Origin: a candidate division KSB3 bacterium
GTDB lineage: Bacteria; Moduliflexota; Moduliflexia; Moduliflexales; Moduliflexaceae
Reading direction: 5' to 3'
DNA length: 64,000 nucleotides
NCBI GenBank assembly: GCA_002748425.1
Contig: PDSJ01000010.1
Location: 35,841-99,840 of the forward strand
Made by a program: the position numbers and the translations under genes. Positions 1-9,211 of the stretch are shown here, piece after piece. Position 1 is the stretch's first letter; every line of letters begins with the position of its first letter. A model generated the notes under the pieces. It worked only from the letters and a program-made list of their open reading frames with translations. It was not told the DNA's origin and made no database searches.

Positions 1-426
1 ATTGACTCGCGTTTCAGCAACATCAAGTTTATCAAGGATCATGCCCGCATTGACGGACTTATATTTAATTTCATCCATCGAAGCAATATCAATGCCTATC
101 GGGAGCAGATAATTCTCCCCATCAGCTTGAACACCATGCCCACTGAAATAAAAGAGTGCGGTATCCTGAGCGTCAAGACGATTTCCAAAATCGCGAATGA
201 GTCCTTCCATCTTCTGCTGGTTGACATTCGTTGCTGTAATTACAGTAAAGCCCATGCGTTCTAATGCTTCCGTCATATCATATGCATCATTTACGGGATT
301 CCTTAATGGGGCTTCCACATAATCTGCATTACCAATAACGAGAGCATACTTTTCGGCAAAGCCTTCTGGACCAGCCAATAGTATGCTAAGCAATGAAATT
401 ACGAAGAGATACATTTTCTTGTTCAT
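1..426 (-). CDS. Caspase-family (peptidase C14-like) protein with signal peptide, runs off the window edge
   Basis: Not in ORF track; manual translation from ATG 426 gives MNKKMYLFVISLLSILLAGPEGFAEKYALVIGNADY..LRNPVNDA..ALFYFSGHGVQADGENYLLP; His motif SGHG present, Cys motif would lie beyond the edge. Confidence 0.85.
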   Translation of the reverse strand, partial: MNKKMYLFVISLLSILLAGPEGFAEKYALVIGNADYVEAPLRNPVNDAYDMTEALERMGFTVITATNVNQQKMEGLIRDFGNRLDAQDTALFYFSGHGVQADGENYLLPIGIDIASMDEIKYKSVNAGMILDKLDVAETRVN

Positions 427-448
427 AGCTTATAGCCTAGCTTATGGG

Positions 449-534
449 CCCGAACGATGAGCATAACCGGCTGGTCAAAGCTGCAGTGCGAAGCAGCGCA
501 GTTTTTAGCAGTCCGAGTCATGCTGTTGTTCTGC
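449..534 (-). mobile_element. attC-like integron recombination site
   Basis: Minus strand reads GCAGAAC..AGCATGACTCGGACTG..GCTTCGC..CAGCCGGTTATGCT..GTTCGGG: AAC/GTT cores, paired inner arms with two unpaired bases, central TTCG hairpin, 86 bp. Confidence 0.7.
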
Positions 535-658
535 AAATTCTGGCGCCCAATCTAATGCAGGTTTACGTTTTGAATGAACACAATCACGCACATACAGATT
601 AATTACATGTTGATATGGTCCACCAGTTTCATCTGCTGAATTTTTTAAACTCGTCTAT

Positions 659-1037
659 AATATTGAAGCACAGCCCCTGAATGGCCGTGGCGTCAGGGAT
701 ATCAGCCGGCATCCTGGGATCGCGAAAGAAACCGTGCTGGCGGAGTTGAAAAAACAACGCCAGCAGAAGGAAATACCGCCTTTGCCGAGCCGCTCGCCAA
801 GAGGCCCCCGGCAGCAATTGACGTCGAGATGTGTGTCGAGGCCGATGCGTTCTGGAGTGCTGTGAGCGACACATCGAAGCAGCGAGGGGCATGCTATGCC
901 CGTTGAGCGTGGCAGAATTCTGGCCTCTCAAACAGTGAAAGCCTCCATGCTCATGTTATCGGGATGGATATTCATCGCTATTCCTATCATGGACGCTATA
1001 AACATGTGGCCTGATCAACTGGTGTTTAGGCACTACC
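659..1037 (+). pseudogene. Degenerate IS1-family transposase (insA/insB relic)
   Basis: LNGRGVRDISRHPGIAKETVLAELKK (InsA C-terminus-like), A6C at 749-755, then in the -1 frame VEADAFWSAVSDTSKQRGACYA (InsB-like) followed by a stop; right end reads GGTAGTG on the minus strand at 1037. Confidence 0.7.
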
Positions 1038-1520
1038 TTTATATTATGAGGTGTCGCTAACTTGATTTGACAAACTTTTCACGAATTCCCCATCCAGAGA
1101 GGGGGAACGGAAGGCAGGACCATTTTCGCGGATCATGCCTTGTCCAGGAAAAACCCATCATTACAACAAAAACGTCAATTTATTCAATGCAGGAAAGATA
1201 GGCAAGCAAATTTTAACATTCTTGGCCTTTCTGCGGAAAATCCTGCTCGCAGAGGCGCGGCCTTGCCTGAGCCCCAGATCTCCAGCATGAATTTTCCGTG
1301 AGCGTCACCGGCTTTCCTTCTCGTCCAGAACATCCTTAAAATCCAGGACTCCGCAAGCAAAAAGCACCCGGAGAAATGGTCCGGAGAGCTTGCATAAATT
1401 CCTTTTCCCTGCATATTTTTATTGACAGAATTTAGGCTCCTTCTCCTTAGCTTCTCCATCGTAGATCGTACAAAACCAGACAGACATATTAACAAAGGCG
1501 TTCGGCAATCCGAACGGAGT

Positions 1521-2498
1521 ATGACTGTGATACGTATCGGCTCACAGAGTTTTAACACGAATATTTTTCTTGCGCCCCTTTCGGGCTGCTCGGATTTGGC
1601 CTTTCGGCTGATCGCCAGAGAATGCGGGGCGCAATTTTGCTTTTTAGAGATGGTGGATGCCCATTCGTTGCTGGGATCACATCCTAAACGCTTCGAGCTC
1701 CTCAACACTGTTGAGGCCGATACACCGCTCGGAGGGCAACTGCTGGGAGAAGACCCACAAATGATGCTTGATGCAGCACAGATTCTGCTGGAACGGCTGC
1801 CCAAGCTGACAGTGATCGATATCAACAGCGCTTGCCCGGTCAAAAAAGTCGTCAAAAAAGGGGCCGGATCAGCTTTGTTGCTCGATAAGACGAGACTTTT
1901 CAGCATAATCCGCCTGCTCGCCTCCTCGCTGTCCGTGCCAGTGACGGTCAAACTGCGCGGCGGCTACCACCGCATTGATCTCTATAACCTGGAAGAACTC
2001 GCGCGTGGCTGCGAATCCAGTGGAGCGGCAGCGATTTTCATTCACGGACGCAGTCGCGATCAAGGCTACAGCGGAGTGGTCAATTACACAGCGATCCGCC
2101 TGGTGAAAGACTGTGTATCGATTCCGGTCTTTGGGAGTGGAAACGTCTTCGATCCCTTGTCGGCCAGACAGCTGCTTGATGAAAGCGGCTGCGACGGTCT
2201 TCTGGCGGCCAGAGGCGCGTTCGGAAATCCCTGGATCTTCCGCTGCATCAAAGAATATCTCCACAACGGTGTCCTGCTGCCACCTGTCTCGCGTTCGGCC
2301 AGAAAAGAGGTCTTACAGCGGCACCTGGCCTACATTGCAAAGTTTAAAGCAACGTCTCCGGCCGGACAAATCGGCTTTATGCGTAAAGTCGCGCTCTGGT
2401 ATCTCAAAGGCTTTCCCAACGCTGCCAAAGTTCGGGGCCGGATCAGTACTGTCAGCGATTACGAGAGCTTAGTCGATTTCGTGAACGAAGAGCTCTGA
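1521..2498 (+). CDS. dusB: tRNA-dihydrouridine synthase DusB family
   Basis: LAPLSG, IDINSACP, GAGSALL, VTVKLR, IHGRSR, GDV-like GNV motifs; ATG 1521 after GGAG. Confidence 0.88.
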   Translation: MTVIRIGSQSFNTNIFLAPLSGCSDLAFRLIARECGAQFCFLEMVDAHSLLGSHPKRFELLNTVEADTPLGGQLLGEDPQMMLDAAQILLERLPKLTVIDINSACPVKKVVKKGAGSALLLDKTRLFSIIRLLASSLSVPVTVKLRGGYHRIDLYNLEELARGCESSGAAAIFIHGRSRDQGYSGVVNYTAIRLVKDCVSIPVFGSGNVFDPLSARQLLDESGCDGLLAARGAFGNPWIFRCIKEYLHNGVLLPPVSRSARKEVLQRHLAYIAKFKATSPAGQIGFMRKVALWYLKGFPNAAKVRGRISTVSDYESLVDFVNEEL

Positions 2499-2854
2499 GC
2501 CCCAGATCTCCTCTCCCGCCTTCCCGGAACAGAGCTGTGGGGGATCCATACGCTTTCCGGCCCGCTTTTCCTTGACAGAAGCGTGTGCGTTCCATAGGCG
2601 TTCGAGTGTACACTGTAGAGAGCACACAGTCTGTACGTGGCGAATAAGAGCTCAGTCAAAAGCGACCGGGCATTGTCATAGATATTTACGAATCAGCACA
2701 CGATCTTATCCACGCATGCCGAACACAAGCTTCTGGTCTGGGACAGGCATTTGTATGGAGTGCCAGAGCACACTTTCGCAGTTCTGAAGATTCCTGAGAA
2801 CTTCTGTCCCGGAGCACGACGATGTGCCTGGTCATGACGTTGGATTTTTCCATA

Positions 2855-3694
2855 ATGAACACGACAACACACGACGTTCATTCTCGTTCCGAACATGTAT
2901 CCGAACTCAACGTCCTTAAAGACGGGATTCTGGCAGATTATCAACGCGGTGACATTTTCCTGCGCGATGCGAGGGTCACGCTCCAATTTCCCATGATGCT
3001 TGTACGGCACGGCCAGACCGACGGAAACCTTCGACGAACTTTTCAGGGCCAGATCGACGGGCCGGAGAACCAGTTAAATGCCCTCGGTCGAGTACAGGCT
3101 CAAGAGGCGGCAAAGCAGGTCTATGAATGTCTCGCAGAGCTGTCAGGCCCGGCGTTAAAGGAGTTTGCCGTATCCGGACGGCTGCGCATTCTCAGCAGCC
3201 CTCTGACCCGCGCACAAGACACCTGTCGGGCCTTCACCGACTACTTTGAACGCCGGAGCGGTGTTGCTCTGAAAGCGACCCTTGAGAACAGGCTGACTGA
3301 AATGTTCTTTGGCGCGATTGAAGGCAAGTCTACAGAAGAGATCGACGATGAAAAACTCCGAGGGGATACCCTCCGCTTTCGAGAGCAGGATGCGCTTGTT
3401 GACTGGCAAGGCAGCGGCGAGAGTTTTCTGGATGTCATGTATCGTTCAAAAGAGCTGCTTGAGCAACTGAATGCCGAGTGGGCTGACAAGGGCGTTCTGG
3501 CCGTTGCATTTGCTCACGGAACCCTGATTAATGCCTTACGCTCGGTGGTGGGCGACAAAAAGCTTATTGGGGACAATGGCCTGATCGCCTTTCGCAACGA
3601 TATCGTCGAGAATGCCAAACCGTTTTGGCTGGGAAACTCAGAGCTTTTAGCTCAATCTGTAACTGCTCATCTTTTGGAAAGAGGAACACACTGA
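2855..3694 (+). CDS. Histidine phosphatase superfamily protein (candidate phosphoserine phosphatase)
   Basis: LVRHGQT, SSPLTRAQDT, LTEMFFG..EG, GES and FAHG motifs; stop overlaps serA start. Confidence 0.85.
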   Translation: MNTTTHDVHSRSEHVSELNVLKDGILADYQRGDIFLRDARVTLQFPMMLVRHGQTDGNLRRTFQGQIDGPENQLNALGRVQAQEAAKQVYECLAELSGPALKEFAVSGRLRILSSPLTRAQDTCRAFTDYFERRSGVALKATLENRLTEMFFGAIEGKSTEEIDDEKLRGDTLRFREQDALVDWQGSGESFLDVMYRSKELLEQLNAEWADKGVLAVAFAHGTLINALRSVVGDKKLIGDNGLIAFRNDIVENAKPFWLGNSELLAQSVTAHLLERGTH

Positions 3695-4872
3695 TGTACA
3701 AGATTTTGAAGTTGAACCGGATTTCTCCAAAGGGCCTGGAAATATTTCCTCAGGATCGTTACGAGCTTGCAAGCGAATTCACGCACCCTGACGCCATTCT
3801 CGTCAGAAGCCATGTGATCGAACCGGCTGAAATCCGCCCCTCGCTTAAGGCCATTGCCCGCGCCGGCGCCGGAGTGAATACGATTCCGGTGGCTCTCTGC
3901 ACCCAAAGAGGGATTCCCGTGTTCAATACTCCGGGAGCAAATGCCAATGCTGTCAAAGAGCTTGTTCTGGCAGCGCTTGTGATCAGCTCGCGCGGTATCA
4001 TGCCGGGAATCGACTTCGTCAGGACTCTGAGAGAAATATCCGATCCCGACAAGATCTCAATGCTGGTAGAAAGGCGTAAAAAAGAATTTACAGGGCAGGA
4101 ACTGGCCGGAAAAACCCTCGGCGTGGTGGGCCTTGGAAAAATCGGAGCCTTGGTCGCGGAAATGGGTCTGAAACTCGGCATGAAGGTGATCGGCTTCGAT
4201 CCGGAGTTATCGGTTGATGCAGCCTGGCGCTTATCAAATGAAACCGAACGCATCGAAAATTTGCCGACGTTGTTGGGACATGCGGATTATATTTCTCTGC
4301 ATCTGCCATACACGCAAGCCACAAAAAATCTGATTAATGAGGAGAATCTCCGCTTCTTGAAACAGGGTGCGCGACTCTTGAATTTTGCCCGAGGCGGCAT
4401 CGTGAACAGCGCGGCAGTGCTTTCGGCGCTCAACAGCGGAACGCTTAGGTCCTATGCCAGCGATTTTCCGACGCCAGACCTGCTGAAAAGAGACGATGTG
4501 ATTCTCTTCCCTCACATCGGCGCCGGGACAGCAGAAGCCGAAGACAGCTGCGCAGTGATGGCGGCAACACAATTGATCGACTTTCTGGAGAAGGGCAGCA
4601 TTGTCAATTCCGTGAATTTTCCAGCATTGGTCCTCGAACGATGCAGCGGGTCCCGCATTGCGATCGTCAATAAAAACATCCCGAAAATGTTGGGCAAGAT
4701 GACGACAGTCCTTGCGGACTCCGACATCAACGTCAATGAAATGCTGAATAAAAGCCGAGACGATATTGCCTATAACCTGATCGATCTTGATTCCGCTCCC
4801 TCAGAAGAACTTCTTTCGGCTTTGCGCTCGATTCAAGGAGTGATCAACGTCCGAACGGTCTTCAGCGTCTGA
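3694..4872 (+). CDS. serA: D-3-phosphoglycerate dehydrogenase with C-terminal ACT domain
   Basis: ARAGAGVN, NTPGANANAVKE, GLGKIG, NFARG, PHIGA, ACT-like C-terminus; ATG within TGATG at 3692-3696. Confidence 0.9.
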   Translation: MYKILKLNRISPKGLEIFPQDRYELASEFTHPDAILVRSHVIEPAEIRPSLKAIARAGAGVNTIPVALCTQRGIPVFNTPGANANAVKELVLAALVISSRGIMPGIDFVRTLREISDPDKISMLVERRKKEFTGQELAGKTLGVVGLGKIGALVAEMGLKLGMKVIGFDPELSVDAAWRLSNETERIENLPTLLGHADYISLHLPYTQATKNLINEENLRFLKQGARLLNFARGGIVNSAAVLSALNSGTLRSYASDFPTPDLLKRDDVILFPHIGAGTAEAEDSCAVMAATQLIDFLEKGSIVNSVNFPALVLERCSGSRIAIVNKNIPKMLGKMTTVLADSDINVNEMLNKSRDDIAYNLIDLDSAPSEELLSALRSIQGVINVRTVFSV

Positions 4873-5124
4873 CAGGTCTTCATCACTTGCATACATGCAG
4901 AATACGCCCGAAATCAGATTGATCTCGGGCTTTTCAGACCTTATCAGTTGCAGGATGAATTCTCCCGGGAGCCCTGCGATCTCTCTTTCTCCCGATCTGC
5001 AGGCATGTGACGATTTAGCGTCGCTAAGGCAGCCTATCGATTTCTCATCCACGTCATTCCGCTCTGCACATGTCAAAAAATCATGACTTTTTTCGCGTTC
5101 CGGCTCCTGCAGACGATATTTTTA

Positions 5125-5154
5125 TTGACAAATCCATAAATTTCGGGCTAGACT
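5125..5154 (+). promoter_or_regulatory. Putative sigma70 promoter
   Basis: TTGACA-18 nt-TAGACT upstream of the vWA/TPR gene. Confidence 0.5.
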
Positions 5155-5252
5155 TCTTAAAAGTGTATTGAGTGTGGCAACAATTATGACTTTTTGCTTC
5201 GTTCTCCTCCTTTTTGGCTCATCCCATGAGCGCGGAGAAGTGTGAATAAGGA

Positions 5253-7058
5253 GTGGGGGTTCAAATTATGAGACGAGTGTATACTCTTCTAATCATCTGC
5301 TGTATTCTTGCGATATCAGGAAGATTTTCCCATGAGGCGTTTGGCATTGATGCGTATTTCGACTCGGAAATATCAACCAACTTAACCTATACGCCGAATA
5401 CCGGAACACTCATTGTTGAAATGCTTGAAGAAGAGTTACCCCCCATCCTGCCGAATGTCTTCTACAAACGAACGATCTATGTTGAAGTGATTTTTGATGC
5501 CTCAAAGACCATGCAAGAGCCAGATATCAACGGCATTCCCAAAATCAGTGTGGCGAAGTCGCTTGTTGCTGCGCTTGTGAGGTATTTTCCCAACCGTGAT
5601 ACACAATTTGCATTGCGAGTCAGTGGCGGAGCGTTGCAGAATAATTGCTTTGACAGCGAACTTGTTGTTCCATTCAGCCCCAAAAACGGTCAGGAACTGC
5701 TTCAGGCTCTGAAAAATGTCCATCCGACAGGACTCTCTCCGATTACCTACTCCCTCCGGCAGATTTTATCCGATTTTCAGGGGACGATCGGTTCCAAGAT
5801 TGTCTTCCTCATCACTGATGGACAGGACACTTGCGACACTGAGCCGGCCGACACATGTACACGCACCATGGATACCTTGCAAGAAGCTGAGTTCGATGGT
5901 GTCGTGAATATCCTGGGAGTGAACACGCTTCAACGCGATGTGCAAGCGCTGCTTTCCTGCTTATCAGCCCGGGGCTACGGCCGCTATCTGGACAGCAACC
6001 GGAACAGCGGTCAGCAATTAGGACAACTCATCCGGGAGTCATCCCAAATCAACTATAGTATTTTACGTGTTCTGGATGCTGAGACGCTGGCTGAAGGGAA
6101 AATTCTGGGATTATACAATCGTCGTATCGGCGACGCTACCGAGGTGGCTGATACGGCCACGATGAACAACAGCGCTACGACCATCAAACCCGGGATCATT
6201 CGCAAAGAAAAAACCGGCTTTGAAATTCAGGAAATTCGTGTCAGGGATCTTCCTAGAAACAGCTCTGCATATTCCAGCCACGAGCTTCCTCCGGGAGTGT
6301 ATAAAATCGAATTTCTCACCACTCCTCCCCTTGCATCATATTTTACGATCGATCAGGCACAAGAACTGCGGATCGGCGTTATACGATCAGGCGAGGGATT
6401 TGATCTCTACGCTCGAGCACATTTGAGCCTTGGAAACCGCTACTACGACGCTGATCAATTTGAGGAAGCCCTGCAAGAGTATCAGAAGGTTCTGGATTTT
6501 GATCCGAGAAATGTTGACGCTCACCTCAACATGGGAATTATCTACCAGGATATTCTGCATGATACAGAGCAGGCGATTTCTCACTATAAACGCTATTTAG
6601 AGCTTCAAGGCCCACGCTCTACCGAAGTCAGTACCTGGTTTCGTGAAGCTCAAGGGCTGCCTTCAGAAGAAAAAGAACTCCAGATGCGCCTTCAGGAACG
6701 GGAAGAACAACTGGCTCGGGAGGAAGCCGCGCGCCTGGCTCAGGAAGAAGAACTCAAGCGCCAAAAAGAGATGAAAAAAGCGATGGCTGCGTATAATGAA
6801 ATCCTGACGGCGAACTCACGAATCCGCGAGTTATCAAAAGATGCTGTCGTTCAGGGCGCAGCGAGCCTTGAAGTCATTGTGTCGACTGCGACCACGGATA
6901 GTGCTGCCGAACGAATCGCTCTGGATGTCGGCAGGCGCATGAAAAACCTGCTGAACCAGACACCGGATGTCTATGTTTACCGTGAGCGGGATCGAAACAT
7001 CACTGTGAAAAAAGCCGTGTTCGATGCAGGGCGAGGCGAGTATGTTCTCACTGAATAG
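5253..7058 (+). CDS. Exported vWA + TPR + coiled-coil protein
   Basis: Hydrophobic N-terminus, VIFDASKTM and LITDG MIDAS-like motifs, TPR (AHLSLGNRYY..ALQEYQKVLDFDPRNVDAHLNMG), E/R/K-rich coil; start may be 5268. Confidence 0.75.
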   Translation: MGVQIMRRVYTLLIICCILAISGRFSHEAFGIDAYFDSEISTNLTYTPNTGTLIVEMLEEELPPILPNVFYKRTIYVEVIFDASKTMQEPDINGIPKISVAKSLVAALVRYFPNRDTQFALRVSGGALQNNCFDSELVVPFSPKNGQELLQALKNVHPTGLSPITYSLRQILSDFQGTIGSKIVFLITDGQDTCDTEPADTCTRTMDTLQEAEFDGVVNILGVNTLQRDVQALLSCLSARGYGRYLDSNRNSGQQLGQLIRESSQINYSILRVLDAETLAEGKILGLYNRRIGDATEVADTATMNNSATTIKPGIIRKEKTGFEIQEIRVRDLPRNSSAYSSHELPPGVYKIEFLTTPPLASYFTIDQAQELRIGVIRSGEGFDLYARAHLSLGNRYYDADQFEEALQEYQKVLDFDPRNVDAHLNMGIIYQDILHDTEQAISHYKRYLELQGPRSTEVSTWFREAQGLPSEEKELQMRLQEREEQLAREEAARLAQEEELKRQKEMKKAMAAYNEILTANSRIRELSKDAVVQGAASLEVIVSTATTDSAAERIALDVGRRMKNLLNQTPDVYVYRERDRNITVKKAVFDAGRGEYVLTE

Positions 7059-7099
7059 CGAAACGCTCCAGCGGGATTTTCTAGATTTCCAGAAGAGAT

Positions 7100-7134
7100 A
7101 AAGGCCCTGACAGCTTCGAGTCGTCAGGGCCTTT
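7100..7134. terminator. Hairpin between convergent genes, probable bidirectional terminator
   Basis: AAAGGCCCTGAC-11 nt-GTCAGGGCCTTT. Confidence 0.65.
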
Positions 7135-7162
7135 GCTTTGTGGCCGCTGCATTTCGTCATAT

Positions 7163-8230
7163 TTACCGGGTCGAAAATACGTAAAGGCTTGTCTGCGTAT
7201 ATTCCTCACCGGCTTTCAAGACGGTTGAAGGAAATTCAGGCTGATTCGGAGAATTGGGAAAGTGCTGCGTTTCGAGGCAAAAACCAGAGTGCTTCCGGTA
7301 GACTGTACTGCCTTTTCCCGTAATGCTCCCGTCTAAAAAATTGCCGGTATAAAATTGAACGCCGGGTGCTGTCGTAAACAGATCCATCACACGCCCGCTT
7401 ACAGGTTCATAAACCTGTGCTGCAAGCGCCAGGCTTCCATCGCAGCTGTTTAAGACCCAATTATGATCATATCCACCGGCTCTCAACAGTTGTTCGTCCT
7501 GCTCGTGAATTCTGGCGCCGATCCGTGTTGCCACCCTGAAGTCCATTGGACTGCCTGCGACCTCCCGATATTCTCCGGTGGGAATCAGCCCGCCATCGCT
7601 GGGAGTAAAGCGATCCGCCGACAACATAAGCTGATGATCTAAAATATCGCTGCCCGATCTTGCACCAGCAAGATTAAAATAGGAATGGTTTGTCAGATTC
7701 AGCACAGTATCCCGGTCACTTACAGCGTGATAATCGAGCTGTAAAGCATTTTCGCGCGTCAGGGAATACACGACCGTGACACGCAGGTTTCCAGGATAGC
7801 CTTCCTCGCCATCGTTGCTGAGATACTCTAACTCAAGTTCCACAGCACGATCGACAGTCCGTTCATTGGCGCTCCACAGGGCTTTATCAAAGCCTTTCAG
7901 GCCGCCATGAAGATGATGGTCTCCATCATTCAGCGCGAGTGTATAGTCCACGCCATTCAAACGAAAGCGTCCTTTTGCAATCCGATTTCCGTAACGACCG
8001 ATCAAAGCCCCGAAGTACGGATTTGTGTTGACATCACAATACGGTTCAAGCGTATCATGTCCCAGGACAACATCATCAAGCGCAGCTTCTCGGTCAGGAA
8101 CCTTGAGCGTCAGGATGATCCCGCCAAAATTCGTAATCGCGCAGCTCATACCATTATCATTTGTCAGTGTATATACATCGACTGACCTTCCATCAGGTGT
8201 CTGACCAAAAACCCGTTTTTCAATGTTCAT
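7163..8230 (-). CDS. galM: Aldose 1-epimerase (galactose mutarotase)
   Basis: GRYGNRI, HLHGG, GYPG, NLTNHSYFNL, GYDHN, QFYTGN, CLETQHFP. Confidence 0.95.
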   Translation of the reverse strand: MNIEKRVFGQTPDGRSVDVYTLTNDNGMSCAITNFGGIILTLKVPDREAALDDVVLGHDTLEPYCDVNTNPYFGALIGRYGNRIAKGRFRLNGVDYTLALNDGDHHLHGGLKGFDKALWSANERTVDRAVELELEYLSNDGEEGYPGNLRVTVVYSLTRENALQLDYHAVSDRDTVLNLTNHSYFNLAGARSGSDILDHQLMLSADRFTPSDGGLIPTGEYREVAGSPMDFRVATRIGARIHEQDEQLLRAGGYDHNWVLNSCDGSLALAAQVYEPVSGRVMDLFTTAPGVQFYTGNFLDGSITGKGSTVYRKHSGFCLETQHFPNSPNQPEFPSTVLKAGEEYTQTSLYVFSTR

Positions 8231-8375
8231 CTTGTCACCATCCTTTAAAAAAATTCACAGCGGCAGCTGCAATCGGGGCTCTTCGGCTGACTGTTGAAAC
8301 AAGGTTCATCAACAATAAAAAAAACGACCAAGTAGCATTGGCCGTTTTGAGGACACGAAGAACACAACATTCCGC

Positions 8376-9143
8376 TTAAAAATGCAGTGGTTGATCGCGG
8401 GAACTTCCCGGCTTGATCACAAATTTTCCGGGACCTTCTTCCCTCTGTTTTTTACCAGGCTTGCCTGCCGAACTGCGTTCAACATGCTCCCGGAGGTTCT
8501 TTTCCAATTTGTGCGTGATACGTGTAATCTCTTCGCTTGATTTGCCGATTTTATATTTCTCGCCAAACGACTCTACCATCGACACCAGAACAGCTATGAA
8601 ACAATCCAGCACGCCAAGATTGTTCGGATCGATTGCCACTGATCCAAAGGAACGCAGCCTTCTGAAATTCAGCTTCTTATCCATAACATCCAGCGGCAGA
8701 GTATTTGGCAGATCCCGTTTATTATATTGGAGCACTAACGGAATGCTTCGGATATCCAAACCGTTCGCAGCCAGATTTTCGGCCAGATTTTTCAGGCTTT
8801 CCAGATTGTCTTTATGGCGCTTCACGTCGGAATCCGCCACAAAGGTCACTGCATCTGCACCAGTCAGGACCATTTTTCTGGTGGAGTTATATTTGACCTG
8901 CCCCGGGACCGTATAGACTTTCAGGCGAAGATCCATGCCTTTTATATTTCCGAGATTAATAGGCAGTAAATCAAAAAATAACGTACGGTCGGCCTCTGTT
9001 TCTAAAGAAAACAATTTTCCCACGCTTCGAGGGTCGAGTTTACTGTGAAGCCACTGTAAGTTTGTTGTTTTTCCTCCGACAGAGGGACCGTAATACACAA
9101 CTTTTGCAATAATTTCGCGCGTATTATAATTAAACTGTGCCAT
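8376..9143 (-). CDS. mglA: MglA-family small GTPase with C-terminal extension
   Basis: KVVYYGP..GKTTNL, DRTLFFD, YTVPGQ, QYNKRDLP; ATG 9143. Confidence 0.9.
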   Translation of the reverse strand: MAQFNYNTREIIAKVVYYGPSVGGKTTNLQWLHSKLDPRSVGKLFSLETEADRTLFFDLLPINLGNIKGMDLRLKVYTVPGQVKYNSTRKMVLTGADAVTFVADSDVKRHKDNLESLKNLAENLAANGLDIRSIPLVLQYNKRDLPNTLPLDVMDKKLNFRRLRSFGSVAIDPNNLGVLDCFIAVLVSMVESFGEKYKIGKSSEEITRITHKLEKNLREHVERSSAGKPGKKQREEGPGKFVIKPGSSRDQPLHF

Positions 9144-9211
9144 AAACCACGTTCCTATCCTACAACAGGTTCCAGGGTAATACTCATGTCTGTACACTCT
9201 TTCCTCTTTTG

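Noticed and set aside
629-931. 100-aa minus-strand ORF
   Set aside because: Antisense shadow of the IS1 relic; no recognisable motifs
1090-1160. ATCCAGAGAGGGGGA resembling the start of a SAM-I riboswitch
   Set aside because: Lacks the GCAACC, GTGC and closing GAT elements
1161-1190. AACGTCAATTT as a possible DGR template repeat for the DUF1566 gene
   Set aside because: Match is only about 11 nt and does not extend on either side
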